NCBI GenBank assembly: GCA_963829055.1
Contig: CAWHHI010000008.1
Coordinates: 377,081 to 441,080, forward strand
DNA: 64,000 bases
Direction of reading: 5' to 3'
Origin: an uncultured Gemmatimonadaceae bacterium
Lineage (GTDB): Bacteria > Gemmatimonadota > Gemmatimonadetes > Gemmatimonadales > Gemmatimonadaceae
A model generated the notes under the pieces. The model made no database searches. It saw nothing but the letters and a program-made list of their open reading frames with translations, and had not been told where the DNA came from. This document shows positions 57,873 through 64,000 of this stretch, piece after piece; positions within the stretch are counted from its first letter, which is position 1, and each line of letters begins with the position of its first letter. The position numbers were made by a program, and so were the translations under genes.

Positions 57873-58603
57873 TCAGCGCTCGAGCAGCTTCGCCGCCAGT
57901 CCCGCGACGTCCACCGGCGCACTGGCCGGTACCATCCAGAAGAGCTCACGACGCAACGCGGCGGATACGTCGGCTGGCGGGCAGCGAGCCAGGCGCGTCG
58001 AAGCGGTTCAGCACCACGCACATCTTCTCGTCCGGATAGTTGAGGCGCTGACACAGCCGCAGCACGCGCTGCGTGCCGCGCACTGACGGCACAGAGCCCT
58101 CGGTCAGCAACACGATGCGATCGGCGGCGTCGAACGCGGTGAGCGTGCGTTCGTTCACCTGATGCTCGAGCTCCGCGACGCTCACCGAGAATCGCGCGCG
58201 CATTGCGTCCAGCGCGATCATCACGGCCTTCGCGTCGCCAACCGCCGGCGCCAGTGGCCGCGTCATCGCGAACGTCCACACCCCGTCCGTTCGCCGCACC
58301 ATCGCCGAATCGGCTCCGGGGATATCGGATCGCGACGCTCATCGCAGTCGTGGCTGTGAACGCGATCGCCTCGAGGGTCGAGCTCCGCCAGCGCAACGTC
58401 CTCCGCCATCACGAGCGATCGAAAGGCCAGCGACAGCGCCTCGGCCACTGTCGTCACGCCGACGTCGGGACGCGCGCCCGTAGACCACAACCAGCGCTCC
58501 GACGTTCTCGCCAGTGGGCTCGGCCTGCTCCGTCGAGGCCAATTCAACCGGCGTGATCCGACGCGTCGCGGTTGGAGAAGAACGCTCAGGCATTCGGCGG
58601 CAT
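57873..58603 (-). CDS. CpaE/MinD-like P-loop protein, degenerate Walker A, frameshifted
   Basis: VYGARPDVGVTT, TLTAFDAADRIVLLTEGSVPSVRGTQR..VVLNR. Confidence 0.6.
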
Positions 58604-58753
58604 CGGGATCGAACTAGGGAAGTCAGCGTGCCGCCAGGGTTCGGGCGCGCCGTACGATAGGCAAAACAGAGGGCCGAGTCCAACTCCACTCGGCCCTGGA
58701 GAACGCTCAGCCGGCGAGGCCGGACAGTCCATGCGGCGTCGCGTGCTACGGAA

Positions 58754-59242
58754 TCAGTCGGCTCGCCCGAACGGCTGCGCGCCTGTCTCCGCCTGGTTCA
58801 CGTACGTGTCGACAGGCGGTGTATTGCCGTAATTCCGTGCCGACTGCTGAGTACCGGCCCCATCGCCACCCTGTCTTGACGACTGCCCCGGTTGCGACGG
58901 CACACCGATCGACGCCTTGAGATCGTCCACGAGCGAGCCGACGCGCGACTGGAACGCGTCGTGGAGACCGCTCACGAGATTCGCCACCACGTCGTCCAGC
59001 ACGCCGCCGACTCGGGTGCTCGCGCCCCGCGTTGCGGCGACGGTTGCCGCAGCCGCTTTCACGTCCGTGCGCGATCCGCTGAGGAGTACTCCGGCACCGA
59101 CGGCGAGCGCGATAGCGGGCCACGGATTGTCGCGAACGATCTGCTTGACGTTCAGCTTCTGCTCGAGTTGCTGAAGCGTCGACGACATTCGTTCGCGGGT
59201 CAGCTCGATGTCGCGCCTGACGTCATCCGTTGTTTCAGCCAT
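58754..59242 (-). CDS. DUF3618-like protein
   Basis: DVRRDIELTRERMSSTLQQLE N-terminus, NPW plus TM segment. Confidence 0.7.
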   Translation of the reverse strand: MAETTDDVRRDIELTRERMSSTLQQLEQKLNVKQIVRDNPWPAIALAVGAGVLLSGSRTDVKAAAATVAATRGASTRVGGVLDDVVANLVSGLHDAFQSRVGSLVDDLKASIGVPSQPGQSSRQGGDGAGTQQSARNYGNTPPVDTYVNQAETGAQPFGRAD

Positions 59243-59629
59243 GCCGTGTCCTCCTTGAGCGTCGTGACCGTCTGGTCGGGAGCGAGCTGTCGTGGTGAGA
59301 GAAGCGTCCTGCCGCGAGACATGAACCAGAACGCGAGGCCGCCTGCGAGTGCGAAGACGATGAGTGCCGCGAGCCAGTACCGATCACGCAGCCACTGATC
59401 GCCACTGAGCAGAATCAGCCCAGTGAGCAGAGTGAGACCGCCGAGCAGCAGCATGATGCTGCCGCCGACGATGAGCGAAACACCCGTCGTGATGCCGTGA
59501 AGGAGCTCGGTCAGCTCGAGTCGCGCCAGCGAGACTTCCTGCTTGATGAGCGACGAGCTGCCCTCGGCGAGCTCCCGGAGGAGCGCGCCGAGGGGAGCGC
59601 GACTGGCCGTTCTGACTGCGAACGTCCAT
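59200..59629 (-). CDS. Holin-like two-TM membrane protein (YhjD/holin-X type), frameshifted
   Basis: LGALLRELAEGSSSLIKQEVSLARLEL, two TM segments, PDQTVTTLKED. Confidence 0.65.
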
Positions 59630-59638
59630 GGGTGTCAC

Positions 59639-60189
59639 CTAACGATTATTGCTGCGGAAGGCCTTGCCCAGCACGTAGCCGAGGCCGAGCGCGATGAGCA
59701 GCGTGCGTCCGGGGTTCTCGCGGACCTGCTTCTCGATGTCACGCCTTGAGGTCGCCGTTGCGGAGCCAGTCAGCAGACTTGCTCATGCCACGCGCGACGG
59801 AGTCCTGCACGTTGGCCATGCGGTTCTCTGTCGCCGCGGCGACGCGTTCCGCCGTCGGTAGCACCGGCCAGGTCCCGCTCGAACTGCGCTGACGCAGCTT
59901 GTCGGCACCGGCGTCGAGCCGATCGGCAAGCGTCGACTGAAGATCGCGCGCCTTGTCCTTCACCTGGCCGAACTTGTCCTGCACCGTGGCCTTGGCCTGC
60001 TCGGTCCGGCCGTCTGACCCATGTCGGACTCGAGTGCCCGTCGTCGAGTAGTCCGAGCCGCCCATGCCGGACCCGACGCTGCCTCGCCATTCCTGTTCCG
60101 CCGTTCCACTGAGCTCCAAACGCGTTCGTGCCGCCGGTGGAACCCTGACCACCGGTCGCGCCAAACGTGTCGTCAGCGTTACGCTCCAT
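59639..60189 (-). CDS. ElaB/DUF883-like tail-anchored protein, frameshifted
   Basis: Gly/Ser-rich N-terminus, helical middle, C-terminal QVRENPGRTLLIALGLGYVLGK. Confidence 0.6.
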
Positions 60190-60257
60190 GACTGCCTCCT
60201 TCGGATGGAAGCCGAAGGAATGCAGAGGACGTGCCGAGGGCGTAACGAACGTCGGGC

Positions 60258-60706
60258 TCAGCGGCCCAGGGCCGCTCGCCGGTCCCGTCGCCAGTGCTCG
60301 TCGAACGCCTCGCACGAGGTCTTCGGCGATCGCGTCCAGCCGAGCGGCCTTCGATCTGCCAACGCTCGAGCATGAAGACGATCTTGCCGTCCTTCATCAG
60401 CGCGATCTGTGGCGATGACGGTGCGTAGCCGGTGAAGTAGCCGCGCGCGCGCTCGGTCGCGTCGCGCATCCTGGCCGGCGAACACCGTCGTGAGGTGCAT
60501 CGGGCTTGGCGGTGTGCTGGAGCGCCATCGCGACGGCGGGGCGCGCCATTGCGTGCAGCGCAGCCACACATCGAGTTGACGACCACGAGCGTGGTGCCCT
60601 TGGCGTCCTTGAGGCGCGCATCGACTTCGTCGGGCGTGCGCATCTCCTCGACGCCGAGGCGGGTCAGTTCCTGACGCATCGGCGTGATGAAGCGCTCGTC
60701 GTACAT
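60258..60706 (-). CDS. BrxA/BrxB (YphP/YqiW) family bacilliredoxin, frameshifted
   Basis: PMRQELT, VVNSMCGCAA (CGC), TVFAGQD, PSSPQIALMKDG. Confidence 0.85.
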
Positions 60707-60788
60707 CGGAGCGTTGCGAGAGTGTACGCATTGGTGGCTTGTTGAAGCGGAAAGTCTGAGTGAACGTCGGGAATCGGGAATCGGGACA

Positions 60789-60811
60789 GACCGCGCTGCG
60801 GCTCGCGGTCC
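60789..60811 (-). terminator. GC hairpin just downstream of the GroES-like gene
   Basis: GACCGCG-ctgcggct-CGCGGTC stem next to the stop at 60812; no clear U-tract. Confidence 0.35.
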
Positions 60812-61190
60812 CTAGTCCTCGACGTCGCTATCGCGGACGAGCGCGAGGATCGCGCTCTGCGGGATCACGAGGTACGTGTCTCCCTCGAACGTGATCTCGA
60901 CGGCGGCTTTGCGGAAGAACAGCGCGTAGTCGCCGGCGCGGGCCTGCATGGGAACGAATCGGGTTTCGCGCAACGGAGTTCGCCACGGCTCGTCGCCGCT
61001 TTCGCCGGGGTCGGGCATCGGAAGGCCGGGGCCGGTGGCGACGATCTTCCCGCCCTGCACAGCCTGGCTGTCCATGCGCGGTCGGCGGCAGGTACAGCCC
61101 GACCTTCGTGCGCTCCTCGCCCTCCTGCACGTGAACGAGGACACGATCGCCGACGACGATCAGACGCTTGTTGTTCTTGTCCATGGGCAT
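60812..61190 (-). CDS. GroES/Cpn10 family co-chaperone-like protein (stand-alone), frameshifted
   Basis: VGDRVLV..TKVGLYLP..GKIVATGPG..GDYALF..YLVIPQSAILA. Confidence 0.8.
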
Positions 61191-61214
61191 GTCGAGATAC
61201 GGCCACGACTGCAA

Positions 61215-61300
61215 GGCTAGTGGCTGGCTGGCTGGGTGACGCTAGTTCATCCAGCGTCATCCAGCTAACCAAGCCACCAGCAATCCAGCCTGACCAGCCT
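61215..61300. repeat. Degenerate short repeats (CCAGC/GGCTG-rich)
   Basis: GGCTGGCTGGCTGG followed by ATCCAGC, ATCCAGC, ACCAGC, ATCCAGC, ACCAGC units. Confidence 0.4.
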
Positions 61301-61304
61301 GTTG

Positions 61305-62689
61305 CTACCTGACAATGTGTAGCTCGCTCTGCCGCTTGTACGCCCAGCGATGTCTTCCCATCCGGCCCGACGAAGAAGTCCTCTTCCTGCGCCATGCGGA
61401 CCGGCTGGCCGCCCCACTCGGGCACCGGCGTCGTCGCCTGCAGCTCCGACGAGAACCACATGCTCGGGATGATCTTCGCGTCGCCGCGGCCCGGGACGCC
61501 TTCCTGGTAATCCCACAGACCGATCAGCGGGCCGGCGCCGTGGCCGTGCATGCCGATCGGGTGCGAGTACATCGTGCCGCTGATGCCCTCGGACTTCGAG
61601 TCTTCGCGAGACTCGACTTCAGCACCTCGTTGCCCGTCCGGCCCGGTCGGACTTCCTCCATGAGGATGTCCTGGAACCGGTTCGAGTTCGCGAGCGCCTT
61701 GCGCAGCCCCGCCGGCACGTCGGTCTCGCCGTCGCGCAGCACGTAGGCATGTGCTGCGTGTCCGTGTTGAGTCGCAGCGCGGTGATGCCGACGTCGCAGT
61801 GCAGCACGTCGCCACGCTCGATCACGGGATCGTCGCCGAGCTGCTCGTCGCTCGCTCCTTTCCGCTGCACCTCGATCGATGGCTGGAACCAGGTGCCGAG
61901 ACCGAGGTCGTTCACCTGCTGGCGCCACCACCACACGAGGTCGCTCGTGCGCGTCACGCCCGGACGGATGACCTCGTTCGAGAACATGCGGCCGATGAGC
62001 TCGTGCACGAGCTTGGTGAGCTCGGTGTAGAACACTTCCTCGTCAGGCAGCCGCGTCGCGATGAGCTCGAGCGGAAGCGCTTCGGCGTGCTTGAACCGCG
62101 ACGTCCACTTCGACCCGAGCGCCGCGCTCATGCCCTCGAGCTCGCCGGCGCTCAGGCCGTCGGAGAACGCGAACGTGCGCGAGACGTCGATCCCGATGAC
62201 GTTCGGGTTCCGCTGCTCGATGACGTCCTTGAGCACGAGCCACTGCTGGTCGCCCCAGAGCTCGGCCTGTCGCCCGCCGACCGGCGGCGTCGACCGCCTG
62301 CGTCGAGCGGACGGCGTCGTAGAGCCCGCCCTGCGACGTGCCGCCGAGCGCGATGCGCTCGACGCAGCCGGTCTGTCGCGTTAGGCGCGCGCGCCGTCGC
62401 GGCGCACTTGTCGAAGAAGACGTAGATCGTGCGACGGCGCGCGGCGAACGTCGTCGGCGAGACGAGCGACGATGAAGACGGGATCCTCGTTGTACTCGCG
62501 CATCGGCACGACCCACATGTCGATGCCGTGCTTCTTCATCAGCGCGGGCAGGACGGTCGTTAGGCGCTGCTGCGAGCCACTGCTGCTGGCGATCGGCCTG
62601 TTCCCGCAGGGTGCCGAACGGGCGAGTGGGCTGGGCGGCGAGCGGGAGCGCCAGCGATGGCAGGAGGATCGGACGAGTCTGGTGCGCAT
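61305..62689 (-). CDS. M24 family Xaa-Pro aminopeptidase (secreted), frameshifted
   Basis: REYNEDP, GDVLHCDVG..NTDTQH, YSHPIGMHGHGAGP, SSEL, EED metal-ligand motifs. Confidence 0.85.
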
Positions 62690-62699
62690 GGACGTTAGG

Positions 62700-62900
62700 C
62701 TGGGGCTACTGCTGCAGCCGCTACTGGCTGCTAGCGACTGCTCGCTGTTGCCGACTGGCGGCTGGCGTCTGGCGACTGCGTCCTTCGTCGCTAGCGCTCC
62801 TCAGGGCAGGCGCTACGAGCTGCTGCTACTCGCGACGGTTCAGCGCGCAGCCAGCCAGCGAATTCTGCTCGCTGATCGGCTGACGAGCCGACGGCTAGGC
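62700..62900. repeat. Degenerate GCTAC/GCGACTG-rich intergenic repeats
   Basis: Repeated GCTACTG, GCGACTG, GGCTGGC, GCTAGCG units. Confidence 0.4.
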
Positions 62901-62908
62901 AGTGCGAG

Positions 62909-63441
62909 CTACTGTGATTGCTTCTCATGCACCGCGACCGCCGTATGCAGTCGGTGCTCACGGCGCAGCAACATATACCGCACGAACTGCACGACGCCAG
63001 CAAGCAGCAGCGCGAACAGGCACACGACCACCAGGCGCCACAGGAACGTCTGCGCGGCGATCTCCAGCCAGTCGTGTGGGTGAGCGCGCTCCGACCCGAT
63101 CGGCTCGCGGTGCGCGAAGATCAAGCGCGAGGCTCGTGAGCGATTCCGCCGCCGCCTCGATCGCCGCGAACACCGGTGCGCGCCACAGCCACCGGTGCAG
63201 CGGAAAGTTGCCGAGGTGCAGCGTCGCCATCCCGAGGATGAACAACAGCCCCAGCGCGAACGCGCCGCCGAAATACAGCCAGTTCGTCGTCGGACCAACG
63301 GTCATCGCCAGCGCACGATACAGGCGGAACAACACACCCGTGACGATCGCCATCTCCGCGATCGACATCGTGAACCTCCGGAACGCCGGCGGCTCCTCGA
63401 TCCGGAACTCGAGTGGTGTGGTGCGGGAAGTAGGGCGACAC
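62909..63441 (-). CDS. Hypothetical membrane protein, frameshifted
   Basis: Several TM segments (MAIVTGVLFRLY, ATLHLGNFPLHRWLWRAP) across ORFs 62958..63503 and 62909..63298. Confidence 0.6.
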
Positions 63442-64000
63442 TCGCGCGCTGCTCCGCTGCCGATCTGGCCGCCGATCCAGCGCAGACTCTCACGCGCGTG
63501 CAACGCGCCAGTAGTCCCAGTCGTGCGCGCCGGGCCATTCCGCGTACGCGTGCGCGACGCCGAGTCGCTCGAGCGTCGCGTGGAAGTCGCGCGACTGGTC
63601 GACGTACGGGTCCGCGACGCCGACGTCGAGCATCAGCGGCAGGCATTCGCGCGCGATCGGCCGATGACGTAGCGTGCCGCGCGACGCCCGGGATCGCGCG
63701 GCCACCAGCCCGTCGTGTCGCGCCCGAACGCGAGCACCATCGCCGGCCAGAGGTCGCCGGCATTCTGCCCGCAGCTCCGCCTCGGTGGCTGCATAACGCG
63801 GCGGCGCCGCGTACGGGTGCGGCCCCATCGTACAGCGGCGACAGCACGCCCGAATGGCTCGCGGCAGCCGAGAAGACGTCGGGATACGCGAGGGCGAGCG
63901 AGATGGCGCCGTAGCCGCCCATGCTCAGCCCCGCGATCGCGCGCGCCGACCGCGACGGGATCGTGCGATAGACGGAGTCCACTCGCGCCACGAGATCTGG
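63440..64000 (-). CDS. Alpha/beta hydrolase, putative esterase (5' partial; 3' end approximate)
   Basis: RAIAGLSMGGYGA nucleophile elbow, DVG..D, GAHDWDYW. Confidence 0.85.

Noticed and set aside
59200..59629. Prophage lysis gene
   Set aside because: Sits in the common DUF883/holin-like/DUF3618 chromosomal trio, with no phage genes nearby.
69..62699. CCTAACG as a Chi or KOPS site
   Set aside because: Orientation is about even (23 vs 29) within a short stretch, unlike polarised motifs.
46640..62900. CRISPR array in the repeat-rich intergenic gaps
   Set aside because: Units are short and degenerate, without regular unique spacers; no cas genes.
1..64000. Numerous Arg/Pro-rich antisense and off-frame ORFs in the track
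   Set aside because: Shadow ORFs expected in high-GC DNA, overlapping better-supported genes.

Overview
GC-rich bacterial DNA, roughly two-thirds GC by eye. The gene families (PadR plus duplicated orphan permease, bacilliredoxin, many GT87-like membrane proteins) suggest a Gemmatimonadota-like soil organism; this is inference. Many genes are split by single-base indels, most likely uncorrected long-read errors, so many coordinates are reconstructed across frames. Positions 1-54500 form a large mosaic surface-glycan locus. It has two parallel rare-sugar kits, each with a NeuB-type PEP aldolase, a YerE-like ThDP enzyme, NDP-sugar epimerase/reductase genes and methyltransferases; no CMP-ulosonate synthetase occurs in the window. 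It also has two flippases, three GtrB-like polyprenyl-phosphate glycosyltransferases, two expanded families of GT-C-type membrane glycosyltransferases, 11 SAM methyltransferases, several true gene relics and a truncated tyrosine integrase. Positions 54600-64000 are ordinary core-like genes. The most striking signal outside gene content is the non-palindromic heptamer CCTAACG/CGTTAGG: I counted 52 copies by eye, in both orientations and mostly inside coding sequence. No rRNA, tRNA or CRISPR array was recognised.
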